Below are positions 37,864 to 46,617 of a stretch of DNA of 64,000 nt, piece by piece. The position numbers were made by a program, and so were the translations under genes. The stretch's first letter is position 1. Each line of letters opens with the position of its first letter. Below the pieces are notes generated by a model. That model did not search any database and was not told where the DNA came from. It worked only from the letters and a program-made list of their open reading frames with translations. This DNA comes from Abditibacterium sp. (lineage in GTDB: Bacteria > Armatimonadota > Abditibacteriia > Abditibacteriales > Abditibacteriaceae): positions 576,001 through 640,000 of the forward strand of contig OZ251992.1 of the NCBI GenBank assembly GCA_965246885.1, read 5' to 3'.

Positions 37864-39777
37864 TCAACCCCCCGCCAACATCTGCTGCGGGCCGCCGTGC
37901 TCGCTCCGCTTGCGCTCTTCGGCGGTTTGGGCGGGCAGCAGGACGACGAAGTGGGCGCCGGTTTCCTTGTCGTCGCGCCCGATTTCGGCGATGACGCCGC
38001 CGTGCGCTTCGATGATGCCCTTGACGATGCTTAATCCCAGCCCCATGCCCTTGGCTTTCTTGGTGTAAAAGGGCGCGAAAACGCGGTTGCGCTCGAACTC
38101 GGACAAGCCCGGCCCCCGGTCTTGGAAGTCGAGGCGGATGGTGGGCGGCACGAAGGTCTGGCGCGTCAGGGCGGAGATGGCTTTGGGGTCGGCGATGCTG
38201 CTGCGGATGGCGATTTGTCCGCCACCCGGCTGAAAATCTATGGAGTTCTCGATTAGCTCGCCAAACGCGCGCTTGAGCTTGACTTCGTCGCAGTGCACGG
38301 GCGGCAGGTCGGGCAAAAGGTTGAGCACGAGGTCTATCTTGGTGTTCTTGGGAAAGGTTTCGCCCGTGACGGCGCGCAGGATGGAGTTGATGTCGCCCGT
38401 CGTGGAATGGAGTTGCGTGGCTAACACGAAGTCGCGGAACTCGCCCAGTATCCCTTCGAGTCGGTAGATGCCGCGCGTGACCGATTCGGCCAACTCGCGG
38501 GTGTCTCGCCAGTCGGGGTCGTCGGAATCGGCTTTGGTTTTGAGGACGTAATTGAGTTCGTTCAGGTGGCCCTTGACGCCAAAAACCGTGTTGCCGATCA
38601 TGTGTGCGGCGCGCGCGCTCATTTCGCCCCACGCGGCCATGCGCTCGGCGCCCAACAGCCTGTTGGTGAGCTTGGTGCGGTCTATGGCGACGGCCATTTG
38701 CGAGGCGAGCGTGCCGAGCACGTCCTCGTCGGCTTGGGTGAACTCTTGCGGCAGAAAGTACAGCGAGCCTTTGCGCTTGCGCACGACGCGAAGCACCCCG
38801 GCCTTGGAACGCTGCGTCAAGACGGGCACCGCCAGAAGCGCGGCGACTTCGGAAGGCGGCGCTTCGGAAAACAAGCCTTTCCAGCGCGAATCGGTGCGCG
38901 GGTCGCCAACGCGGATGGCCCGCCCGTTCTGCGCGACCCAACCCGTCAAGCCTTCGCCGATGCGGTAGCGAACCGTGTGGCGGCCCGACTGTTCGTCCAA
39001 GGGGCCATACGAAGCGGCGAGTTCAAGCGCTTCGCCCGCCTCGTCCATGAGGAACAAGGAGCAGTCGTCGGCGCGCAGAATCTTGGTGGCCTGTTGCACG
39101 ACGTCGTGCATGAGGGAGTCGAGGTCGGAAGTGACGTTGAGGTCGCGCCCAACGGAAATCAAGGCTTCCTCGCGCAATTGGTGCTCGGCCATTGTGATGA
39201 TGATGGCCGCGCGGCGTGTGAGGGGTTGCAACAGCTTGGCGTGCGCCTCGTCCCACATGTCGGAGTCGGGCGATTCGATGTTGATGACGCCGATGGTGCC
39301 GCCGCCCGACGCCTTGATGGGCAGGGCGATCTCCGACTTCACGTCGTCGAAGAAGCCGATATAGTGCGGGTCGCTCGACACGTCGCCCGTCCAATACGTG
39401 CGCCCGTTGATGACGACGTGCCGCGTGATGCCGCGCCGCGAGGTGCTGCCCGCGTTGGAGACGGCATGGACGTTGACGCGCAGGCGCCGGATTTCGTCCG
39501 TCCAGCCCTCGCCCGCCGTGAAGCGCAACACCAGTTCGCCCGACGAGGTGTCCACGAGCGCCAGAAACGCGCGGTTGCCGCCGACCAACTCCATCGCTTC
39601 TTCAAGCGTCGAGCGGAGCAGTTCGTCGGCTTCCTTGAGGGAGGTTTGCGACAGTTCGAGGTCGAACTCGTGCGAGTCGAAGGCGGCGCCGGGCAGCGAC
39701 GCGTCGGCGATGGTGCCCGTCGTTTGCCCCGACACGGCGGGCGAGGACAACGGCAAGGAAGAAAGCGGCTCGGACAT
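37864..39777 (-). CDS. Cytoplasmic GAF-GAF sensor histidine kinase
   Basis: Two GAF domains ('SEIALPI...GVINIES', 'GEGLTGWVA'), H-box 'AAHMIGN', 'DRGPG', 'GMGLGLSIV'. Confidence 0.88.
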   Translation of the reverse strand: MSEPLSSLPLSSPAVSGQTTGTIADASLPGAAFDSHEFDLELSQTSLKEADELLRSTLEEAMELVGGNRAFLALVDTSSGELVLRFTAGEGWTDEIRRLRVNVHAVSNAGSTSRRGITRHVVINGRTYWTGDVSSDPHYIGFFDDVKSEIALPIKASGGGTIGVINIESPDSDMWDEAHAKLLQPLTRRAAIIITMAEHQLREEALISVGRDLNVTSDLDSLMHDVVQQATKILRADDCSLFLMDEAGEALELAASYGPLDEQSGRHTVRYRIGEGLTGWVAQNGRAIRVGDPRTDSRWKGLFSEAPPSEVAALLAVPVLTQRSKAGVLRVVRKRKGSLYFLPQEFTQADEDVLGTLASQMAVAIDRTKLTNRLLGAERMAAWGEMSARAAHMIGNTVFGVKGHLNELNYVLKTKADSDDPDWRDTRELAESVTRGIYRLEGILGEFRDFVLATQLHSTTGDINSILRAVTGETFPKNTKIDLVLNLLPDLPPVHCDEVKLKRAFGELIENSIDFQPGGGQIAIRSSIADPKAISALTRQTFVPPTIRLDFQDRGPGLSEFERNRVFAPFYTKKAKGMGLGLSIVKGIIEAHGGVIAEIGRDDKETGAHFVVLLPAQTAEERKRSEHGGPQQMLAGG

Positions 39778-39792
39778 AAACTGCGCTTCAGT

Positions 39793-40152
39793 ATGAACGT
39801 GCCCACCCCCGCTCCCGAACCCAGTGAGGCCGAACTCCTGCGCGCCCAAATCGTGCGCTTGTGCCAATCCGTCCCGCAGGGCCGCGTCGAATCGTATGGG
39901 AAGTTGGGCGCGCGCTGCGACCCGCCCGTGTCGGGCTATGTGTGTGGGCGCGTGATGGGGCAAATCATGGACGGCGCCCCTTGGTGGCGCATCGTCGGAA
40001 AAGACGGACGTCTGCCCATCTCCAAACGCTCGCCCGACCATTCGCGCCAGCAGCGCGAACGCTTGGAAGCCGAGGGCGTGGAGTTCGAGGAGGACGGGAC
40101 GGTCAAGCGGCGGTTTTTTGGGGGAGAAGCGGAGGAGTTGGCGTTGTTTTGA
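39793..40152 (+). CDS. Alkyltransferase-like (ATL/YbaZ, MGMT-family) DNA-binding protein
   Basis: 'VPQGRVESYG', 'PWWRIV', 'QRERLEAEGV'; W replaces the catalytic Cys. Confidence 0.88.
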   Translation: MNVPTPAPEPSEAELLRAQIVRLCQSVPQGRVESYGKLGARCDPPVSGYVCGRVMGQIMDGAPWWRIVGKDGRLPISKRSPDHSRQQRERLEAEGVEFEEDGTVKRRFFGGEAEELALF

Positions 40153-40158
40153 AGTGAG

Positions 40159-40878
40159 CTACTTCGCAAACACCGCCAGATAGTTATCCTCGCCCAGTTG
40201 CCGCGATTCGAGAAAGCGGAAGCCCGCGCGCTCCCCTTCGCGGCGCACGATGTCGAGGGCGAGGCGGTGGTCGTCGGTGAGCGGGTTGTGGTCGTCGCGT
40301 TCCTCGACGCGGTGCAGTATCTCGCCCGTTTTGGCGTAGGCGCGGCGCGCTTCGCGGCGCAGTTCGGGAGTGTCGCGCTCGATGATACCCAAGCGTCCGC
40401 CGCTTTTCAAGGCGGCCTTGATGCGCGCGAGCATACCGAGTGGCTGGTCGAACTCGTGGTAGGCGTTCAAGATGACGACGGCGTCAAGGGAGTTGGCGGG
40501 CAGTTTGGGGTCACTGGTGGTGCCCAAGACGGTGCGCACGTTGCCCAGCCCCGCGCGTTTGGCGCGGGCGGCGGTGTAGGCGGTGTATTTGGGCAGAATC
40601 TCTTCGGCGTAAACGGTTCCGCTCGGCCCGACGGCGCGGGCAAGGCGCACGCTCAGCCAACCGCCGCCCGCGCCAACGTCGGCGACCGCTTTGCCGCGCG
40701 TGATATGAAGGGCGCGAAAGGTGGCGGGCAGGCGCAGTATCTTGTCGCGCCCCGGCGTGTCGAAAGCATCAGCGTCACCCGTCCAAGGCGCGGCAGTCTG
40801 GCGCTGCGTGCCATCCGGTTTGGGCGCGGCAAGCGCAAGGGCGGGGAGGAGGGCGAGGAGGAGCAAAGGGCGTTTCAT
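40159..40878 (-). CDS. Class I SAM-dependent methyltransferase with signal peptide
   Basis: 'VADVGAGGG', 'LPANSLDAV...AYHE', 'LKSGGRL'; N-terminus MKRPLLLLALLPALALA. Confidence 0.85.
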   Translation of the reverse strand: MKRPLLLLALLPALALAAPKPDGTQRQTAAPWTGDADAFDTPGRDKILRLPATFRALHITRGKAVADVGAGGGWLSVRLARAVGPSGTVYAEEILPKYTAYTAARAKRAGLGNVRTVLGTTSDPKLPANSLDAVVILNAYHEFDQPLGMLARIKAALKSGGRLGIIERDTPELRREARRAYAKTGEILHRVEERDDHNPLTDDHRLALDIVRREGERAGFRFLESRQLGEDNYLAVFAK

Positions 40879-40941
40879 ATCCCTCCCAGACGTGCGGCCC
40901 GAAGCGGGGCGCCTCGCGTTGACACTTCACGGGCAAGCCGC

Positions 40942-41535
40942 TTAAAACCCGTTATTGGGTTCGGGCGAGATTTTCATTTGTAGCGAGGCATCTGGTTCAA
41001 TGGAGAAGGAGGAGATGGGGGCGGTTTTAGTTTCTGTTTCCTCGCGGTAACTGCTGTCGCCAGTGCTGACCCACTCGATGGGGAAGCGGCGAGCAAGGCG
41101 GAAGCTGAACCGTCCGCCCAAGCTCAAGTCGAACATCCGCCGTAGGGGGAACACAATCGTTTGCTTGCCTTTGGGCGGCAGATAAATACCCGCGTTTCCA
41201 AAAACGTTCACCATCGGCGTGAAGCAGCCCTCTCCGAAGGCAGTGCGAGCAACCTCCCTCTGCGTCCCATTGGCATTGGGCAAATCTTTCTGCCCCCACA
41301 ACTTCAGGTCGAACAACGAGAACTTATCCGCTCCAGTGCCGAGATTGATTCTCTGGTCGCTCTTGTTCTCCAAGACGACGGTCAAATTGACCGGCTCATC
41401 GGCCCCGAACTTCTGCTTGGCAAGAGTTGCCGTGATTGTAACTGGCACTTTCTCCACCGCAAGGGCGGGAGCAACAGCGAAGGCGGGCGCGTGCAGGGCG
41501 CAGACGAAAGCGAGTAGGCAGAAGAAGGGCTTCAT
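40942..41535 (-). CDS. Hypothetical secreted protein (beta-sandwich-like)
   Basis: Signal peptide; fills the gap between co-oriented genes. Confidence 0.6.
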   Translation of the reverse strand: MKPFFCLLAFVCALHAPAFAVAPALAVEKVPVTITATLAKQKFGADEPVNLTVVLENKSDQRINLGTGADKFSLFDLKLWGQKDLPNANGTQREVARTAFGEGCFTPMVNVFGNAGIYLPPKGKQTIVFPLRRMFDLSLGGRFSFRLARRFPIEWVSTGDSSYREETETKTAPISSFSIEPDASLQMKISPEPNNGF

Positions 41536-41595
41536 AGCGCATAGAGACACATGCCCGCCCCCGTTGTGGCACGCGCGCCCTTACGTGGGAGCGCC

Positions 41596-42378
41596 CTACT
41601 TCACCGCGTATCCCACGACGACGATGGCGACGATTTTCTTGTCGAGGGCGGTGGTGTCGTCGGTTCCGCCGTCGCTTTCGCCCTTGGAAAAGTAGGGCGT
41701 GATGGAGGGCGTCATCATGCGGGCGAAGCGCACCTCGCCCAAGCGACAGCCCGCGTTTTGCGCCATCGCTTGCGCGCGGTTCTGGGCGTCGCGCGCGGCT
41801 TCGGCTTGCATGGCGACTTTGAGTTCGCTCATCTTGGTGTAAAGGTAGGTCGGCTCGCTGCCGCTCAAGACAACGCCTTTGCCCAACAGGTCGCTGGTAT
41901 CGCGGGTGGCGTTTTCGACCACATCCACCTTGTCGGAGCGCACTTCGAGGCTTTGCGTGAGCTTGTAGCCCGCGACCTCGGTGCCCGTCGAGGCTTCGGT
42001 CGTGACCGTCCCGTTGGGCAAGCGGGTGGTGCGCGGCTTGACATAGAGCGTCTCGACGCTCACGCCTTGCGAAACGACATCCTTATCGGCCACGCCCTTG
42101 CCGACCAAGTAAGCGCGCGCGATGGCGGTCTTGCCTTTGACGCCCGCGAAAGCGAGGGCGAGGGTGGGGGCCGTCTTTTCGACGCTGCCGCTCCAAATGA
42201 TGAAGTCGGAGCGGATGGAGCGCCGCGCCGAACCCACCACGCGCAGGACGGCCTCTTGTCCCCGTGCGCGGATGAGGGCGCGCGTCCAAATGGAGGAGCA
42301 CCACAAGGTGCCAACCACGAAGATAGTCGTGACGGCGACGGGAACGGGCACGAGGACGCGGGGCAGGGAAAGGCGCAT
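41596..42378 (-). CDS. SIMPL (DUF541) domain protein
   Basis: 'VVGSARRSIRSD', 'YKLTQSLEV', 'AARDAQNRAQAMA...LGEVR'. Confidence 0.85.
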   Translation of the reverse strand: MRLSLPRVLVPVPVAVTTIFVVGTLWCSSIWTRALIRARGQEAVLRVVGSARRSIRSDFIIWSGSVEKTAPTLALAFAGVKGKTAIARAYLVGKGVADKDVVSQGVSVETLYVKPRTTRLPNGTVTTEASTGTEVAGYKLTQSLEVRSDKVDVVENATRDTSDLLGKGVVLSGSEPTYLYTKMSELKVAMQAEAARDAQNRAQAMAQNAGCRLGEVRFARMMTPSITPYFSKGESDGGTDDTTALDKKIVAIVVVGYAVK

Positions 42379-42408
42379 GGGTGTATGACAACCGCGCCCG
42401 CCGCGCGG

Positions 42409-43350
42409 TTACGCGGTCATTTCCCGCGCCCATTGCGCCGCGCCGATTAAGCCCGCGCGGTTGCCAAGGGTCGCCATGACGATTTGGCTCGTGTCGAAGT
42501 GGAGGCGCGAGGTGCGCGCGGCGACGGCGCGGCGCAAGGGAAGCAGGAGCACGTCGCCCGCTTGCGCGACGCCCCCGGCCAACACTACGCGCGACACGTC
42601 GGCGGTGAAGACGACGTTGACGATGCCGACGGCCAAATAGGAGGCGGTTTCGAGCCACACGCGCACGGCGATGTCGTCGTTTTGCTCGGCGGCGAGGGCG
42701 ATGTGGCGCGGCGTGAGTTCGCTAAGATCAGGGCAAAGCTCGTGGATGAGCGAGTCGCGCCCCCACGTTAGGGCGCGGAGAGCGCGCCAGACGATAGCGT
42801 CGCGGCCACACACGCTTTCGAGGGTGCCGACGTTGCCCGCCGAGCCGCGCTTGTCGTTGATGTCAACGGTGATGTGCCCAATTTCGGCGCCGCGCTCGAA
42901 GGCGCCCAAGCGCAGTTTGCCGTCGAGAATCAGACCCGATCCGATGCCGGTGCCAAGCGTAACGACGAGCACATCGGGCGCCCCGGCGCCCGCGCCAAAG
43001 CGCGCTTCGCCCAGCGCGGCAGCGTTGGCGTCGTTGAGAACGTGGACGGGCAGTCCGATTTTCTCGCTTAGTATCGGGCCGACGGGCAAATTTACCCAAC
43101 CCTGCAAGTTGGGCGCGTAGACGCAGATGCCCTCGCGGTGCCGAACCGGGCCGGGAACGCCGATGCCAACGGAGGCCGCCGCGCCGCCCTTTTCCAACAC
43201 GCGCTTGGCCGCGTCCGCGATGCGGCTCAGTAACACATCGGGCGCGTCGTGCTGGCGCGTTTCGATGGTGTGTTCGTGGCTGAGGGCGCCGCTTTCGTCG
43301 AGCAAACCGAGCGCGCAAGTGGTGCCGCCCAGATCAATTCCCAGAATCAT
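42409..43350 (-). CDS. ROK family sugar kinase (glucokinase-like)
   Basis: 'GIDLGGT', 'NDANAAALGE', 'TLGTGIG', 'AEIGH', 'AGLIGAA'. Confidence 0.92.
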   Translation of the reverse strand: MILGIDLGGTTCALGLLDESGALSHEHTIETRQHDAPDVLLSRIADAAKRVLEKGGAAASVGIGVPGPVRHREGICVYAPNLQGWVNLPVGPILSEKIGLPVHVLNDANAAALGEARFGAGAGAPDVLVVTLGTGIGSGLILDGKLRLGAFERGAEIGHITVDINDKRGSAGNVGTLESVCGRDAIVWRALRALTWGRDSLIHELCPDLSELTPRHIALAAEQNDDIAVRVWLETASYLAVGIVNVVFTADVSRVVLAGGVAQAGDVLLLPLRRAVAARTSRLHFDTSQIVMATLGNRAGLIGAAQWAREMTA

Positions 43351-43393
43351 GGCTTCTGGTATAGCCGCTCACACCGATCAAGCGTTCGTCCAT

Positions 43394-43449
43394 GCGCCCA
43401 CGTGGGTGCCATCGCGCCAACGAAAAAGGGCACCCACATGGGGTGCCCT
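43394..43449. repeat. Short palindromic REP-like pair after rpsR
   Basis: AGGGCACCCACATGGGGTGCCCT with partial inverted partner CCCACGTGGGTGCC. Confidence 0.55.
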
Positions 43450-43474
43450 CACGGACTCTATTGTGTCGGTAGCG

Positions 43475-43744
43475 TTAGCCGCCCTGCGATTGGCGCAGGT
43501 GGTCGGCGGTGTAGTGCAAGAGCGCCATGTAGCGGGCGAGCTTGACTTGTTCGGCGACGTGGCGCTGCTGTTTGGCGGAAAGGCCGGAGTTGCGGCGCGA
43601 CAGGATTTTGCCCCGGTCGGTGATGAAGCGCTTGAGTTGCGAGGCGCTCTTGTAGTTGAGGCCGAAGACGAACTCGTCGGTAAAGGTCGGGCGCTTGCCT
43701 TTGAGCGGGCGAAGCGGTTTGCGACTGCGTGATTTTTGTGCCAT
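43475..43744 (-). CDS. rpsR: 30S ribosomal protein bS18 (Cys-free form)
   Basis: 'YKS...LKRFITDRGKILSRR..G..AKQQR...K.AR.MALL.Y'; AAGGAGG SD; after ssb. Confidence 0.95.
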   Translation of the reverse strand: MAQKSRSRKPLRPLKGKRPTFTDEFVFGLNYKSASQLKRFITDRGKILSRRNSGLSAKQQRHVAEQVKLARYMALLHYTADHLRQSQGG

Positions 43745-43823
43745 TGTTATCTATCCTCCTTTGCGTGGGAGTTGCTTTCTAAAGGTGAAGCGGGCTAACG
43801 CGCGTCAGCCCGCTTTGGGTGGT

Positions 43824-44441
43824 TTATTCGTCGGCGAACGGGTCGCTGTCGTCGAAGTCCTCGTCGTAGGTCGCTGCCGGAGCCGCTTTGCGGGCCGCCG
43901 GAGCGGGGGCCGGAGCCGCGCGAGTGGGAGAGGGAGCCGGACGCGCCGCTTGCGCCGCGACCGGAGCGGGCCGGTTGGCCGGACGCGCGGGCGCCGGTTC
44001 GTCGTCAGGGAAGTAGCCGTTGCCGCCACCGTCATCGTCTTGGCGAGCGTTGCCGCCGCCACCCCGATTGCCGCCGTCGTAACCGCCCCCGCCGCCTTCG
44101 CCGCCCTCGCGGTTGCGCGAATCGAGGGTTTCCACGCTGTCCACCGAAATCTCGGTGATGTAGCGCTTTTGCCCTTCTTTGTCGAGATAGTCGTTGAGTT
44201 CGACGCGCCCCTCGACCAGCACCAAACGACCTTTGCCGACGTATTGCTCGACGAAATCGGCGCGTTGGCGCCACGCTTTGCAACGGAAGAAGTCGGTCTT
44301 CTTCTCGCCGTTTTCCCCTTTGCCAAACGCGCGGTCTACCGCGACGGTGAACTGCGCGACCTTAAGGCCGCCTGAGGTGTTGCGAACTTCCGGGTCGCCC
44401 GTCATGCGACCAACCAGCGTTACTTTGTTATACGAAGCCAT
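43824..44441 (-). CDS. ssb: Single-stranded DNA-binding protein
   Basis: 'NKVTLVGRM..DPE.R', 'KGRLVLVEGR', acidic tail 'DDSDPFADE'. Confidence 0.95.
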   Translation of the reverse strand: MASYNKVTLVGRMTGDPEVRNTSGGLKVAQFTVAVDRAFGKGENGEKKTDFFRCKAWRQRADFVEQYVGKGRLVLVEGRVELNDYLDKEGQKRYITEISVDSVETLDSRNREGGEGGGGGYDGGNRGGGGNARQDDDGGGNGYFPDDEPAPARPANRPAPVAAQAARPAPSPTRAAPAPAPAARKAAPAATYDEDFDDSDPFADE

Positions 44442-44591
44442 CTTTTTTCTCTCCTGACGCTCCACTTAAAATTTCACTCGGATCAGTGAGATGGAGCGGA
44501 CAAGGCAAACGGGCCATAGGATAACGCCTTGGCCGCCCCATTTCAAGGGGTGGCGGGCGAAATTTCTGGCGGGAGTTCCCGCGCAAGACGC

Positions 44592-45056
44592 TTACGCGTC
44601 TTCGCGCAGGATGATGTGGCGCAAGATGCGCTCGTCCAATTTGAAGAAGCGCTCTAACTCGCCCGTCAGGTCTTTGCCAAAGCGCGCGTTGAGGACAACG
44701 TAGACGCCTTCGGCCTTTTTAGCGATGGGATACGCCAAGCGTCGGACTTCCGACACACGCGCATTGTCTACGGCGCCGCCCGCCCCTTCAATGAGGGCTT
44801 TGACGCGCTCTTGCGTTTCCTCGACGGCGCCCGCCACGTTCGCTTGCACGATGTAGGTGATCTCGTAAGCGCGCCCGTTCGCCACTTCTTGCGTGGAAAC
44901 GGGGGTTTGCCCTTCGCCGATTTCGGGAAGGAGGTCGCTCGCGCCCACGCGGATGCCCGCCGGACGCTGCGCCTGCGGTTCAGTGCGCTCTGGAGCGCCG
45001 TTCTCGGCTGCCGCCACGTCTTCGCGGGGTGCCGTTAAGGTTGTTGATTCTGCCAA
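44592..45056 (-). CDS. rpsF: 30S ribosomal protein bS6 with ~60-aa N-terminal extension (TTG start)
   Basis: 'YEITYIV', 'RRLAYPI', 'ILRHIILR'; AGGAGG 8 nt before TTG at 45056. Confidence 0.9.
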   Translation of the reverse strand: MAESTTLTAPREDVAAAENGAPERTEPQAQRPAGIRVGASDLLPEIGEGQTPVSTQEVANGRAYEITYIVQANVAGAVEETQERVKALIEGAGGAVDNARVSEVRRLAYPIAKKAEGVYVVLNARFGKDLTGELERFFKLDERILRHIILREDA

Positions 45057-45060
45057 TATA

Positions 45061-45140
45061 TTCACCTCCTCATGGATGTTCTCCGGCTCTGGGCCGGAAA
45101 ATCAGCCCGAAACGCGCGAAGCGTTCAGGTCAAGGAGCTT
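45061..45140 (-). promoter_or_regulatory. Candidate S6:S18-binding rpsF leader RNA
   Basis: CTCCTTG can pair with the SD-containing TGAGGAG, with CCA just 5' of it; TATAAT at 45173-45178 upstream. Confidence 0.55.
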
Positions 45141-45211
45141 GTTTCCCGCCGAAGCGAAAAAGCCAACGGGGAATTATAACGTATGGCGCACTTCGCGGGG
45201 TACGGCACTGT

Positions 45212-45301
45212 CGGAGGAAGCTGATTGGAAGAGGTCGTCAGACCCGCTTTCGCTAAGTGACGGGAGCGGGTCTGACGACCTCTTCCAATCAGCTTCCTCC
45301 G
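45212..45301. repeat. 37-bp perfect inverted repeat (REP-like)
   Basis: 45212-45248 pairs with 45265-45301. Confidence 0.85.
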
Positions 45302-45385
45302 TGACTCTCGCTTTAACGCCCTCCCTGTGAACCCCAACTCCCCTTTCGCCCCCAACAAAGCGCGTTTGGGTTTACTTGAGGGCCG

Positions 45386-46420
45386 ATGCTTCCGTCCTCC
45401 TCCTTTCCTCGCGTGGCCGTTGTGGGCGCGGGAATTGGCCGCGCCCATGTCGAGGGCTACCTCGCGGCGGGCGCGGAGGTTGCCGTCATCTGCGACCTCG
45501 ACCCCGCAAAGGCCGCCGCCGTCGCGCTCAAGTGGAACATCGCGCCGCGCATCGAGAGCGATTTTGGCGCTATTCTGGCGGACGACTCCATCAGCGCCGT
45601 CTCGATTTGCACGCCCAACTCGCTCCACGCGCCAATGGCGGTCGCGGCCATGCGCGCGGGCAAGCACGTTTTGTGCGAAAAGCCCCTCGCCCTCAACGCG
45701 CCCGACGCACAACTCATCGCCGACTGCGCGCGCGACACGGGGCGCATTTGCATGGTGTCGCACGTCCTGCGCTTCCGCGACGATGTGCTGGAACTCAAGG
45801 GCCGCGTCGGGGACATCGGCGAAATTTACTACGCCCGCGCCCTCGCGCGGCGCGTGAGCGGCATCCCCAAGTGGGGCGGCTGGTTCACCCAACAACGGCT
45901 GTCGGGCGGCGGGCCACTGATTGATACCGGCGTTCATGTCCTCGATCTCGCGTGGTGGCTGGCGGGGTGCCCCATTCCCCTACGCGCGTCGGGCACGACC
46001 TACGCCAAGTTCGGCCCCGCCCAAACGCACTTGGGAGCGGGCGGCGCGCACAACCCCGGCGGCGTCTTCGATGTCGAGGATTTGGCGGCGGGGTTGGTGC
46101 GCTTCGAGAACGGCCTGAGCATCCACTTCGAGGCGTCGTGGGCCATTAGCGCCGAGGGCGATGAGCGGTTTTGCCACCTGCACGGCACGCGCGGCGCCCT
46201 GCTCTGGGAAGACGAACCCAAATTCGTCGGCGAAAACGACGAAGTCGAACGGCTCACCCCCGGCGCGGGCGGGGCATGGAAGCGCGAAATGGAACACTTC
46301 CTCGCCGCCATCCAAAGCGGCCAAGCCCCCGACCCCGACGCGGGACAAGGCGTCACCATGATGCGCATGCTCGACGCGCTGTATCTGTCCGCCCGCGAAG
46401 AGCGCGAAGTCGCGGTGTGA
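45386..46420 (+). CDS. Gfo/Idh/MocA family oxidoreductase
   Basis: 'VAVVGAGIG', 'GKHVLCEKP', 'GGGPLIDTGVH'. Confidence 0.93.
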   Translation: MLPSSSFPRVAVVGAGIGRAHVEGYLAAGAEVAVICDLDPAKAAAVALKWNIAPRIESDFGAILADDSISAVSICTPNSLHAPMAVAAMRAGKHVLCEKPLALNAPDAQLIADCARDTGRICMVSHVLRFRDDVLELKGRVGDIGEIYYARALARRVSGIPKWGGWFTQQRLSGGGPLIDTGVHVLDLAWWLAGCPIPLRASGTTYAKFGPAQTHLGAGGAHNPGGVFDVEDLAAGLVRFENGLSIHFEASWAISAEGDERFCHLHGTRGALLWEDEPKFVGENDEVERLTPGAGGAWKREMEHFLAAIQSGQAPDPDAGQGVTMMRMLDALYLSAREEREVAV

Positions 46421-46427
46421 TTTGGAC

Positions 46428-46592
46428 GGCGGACACGCCCTAAAGGACGTGGCAAGAAGCCTCCGGCTGGTCGTGCTCCGCACGAGTGGCGGCTCTAATC
46501 TCCTTGCGCGGACGCGGCTCACTTACGCCCTCGTATTGTGCGGAGCACGACCAGCCGGAGGCTTCTTGCCACGTCTTTAGGGCGTGTCCGCC
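46428..46592. repeat. ~55-bp inverted repeat (REP/MITE-like)
   Basis: 46428-46483 pairs with 46538-46592, one bulge. Confidence 0.85.
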
Positions 46593-46617
46593 ATCGGTCG
46601 AACGAAACTCCATCCCC

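Noticed and set aside
38566..40041. Long overlapping extensions of the GAF kinase and ATL ORFs
   Set aside because: Each extension is the antisense shadow of the other gene.
39793..40152. Active O6-methylguanine methyltransferase (ogt/ada)
   Set aside because: PWWR replaces the catalytic PCHR.
46428..46592. Intact insertion sequence
   Set aside because: No transposase ORF and no clear target duplication; kept only as a palindromic repeat.
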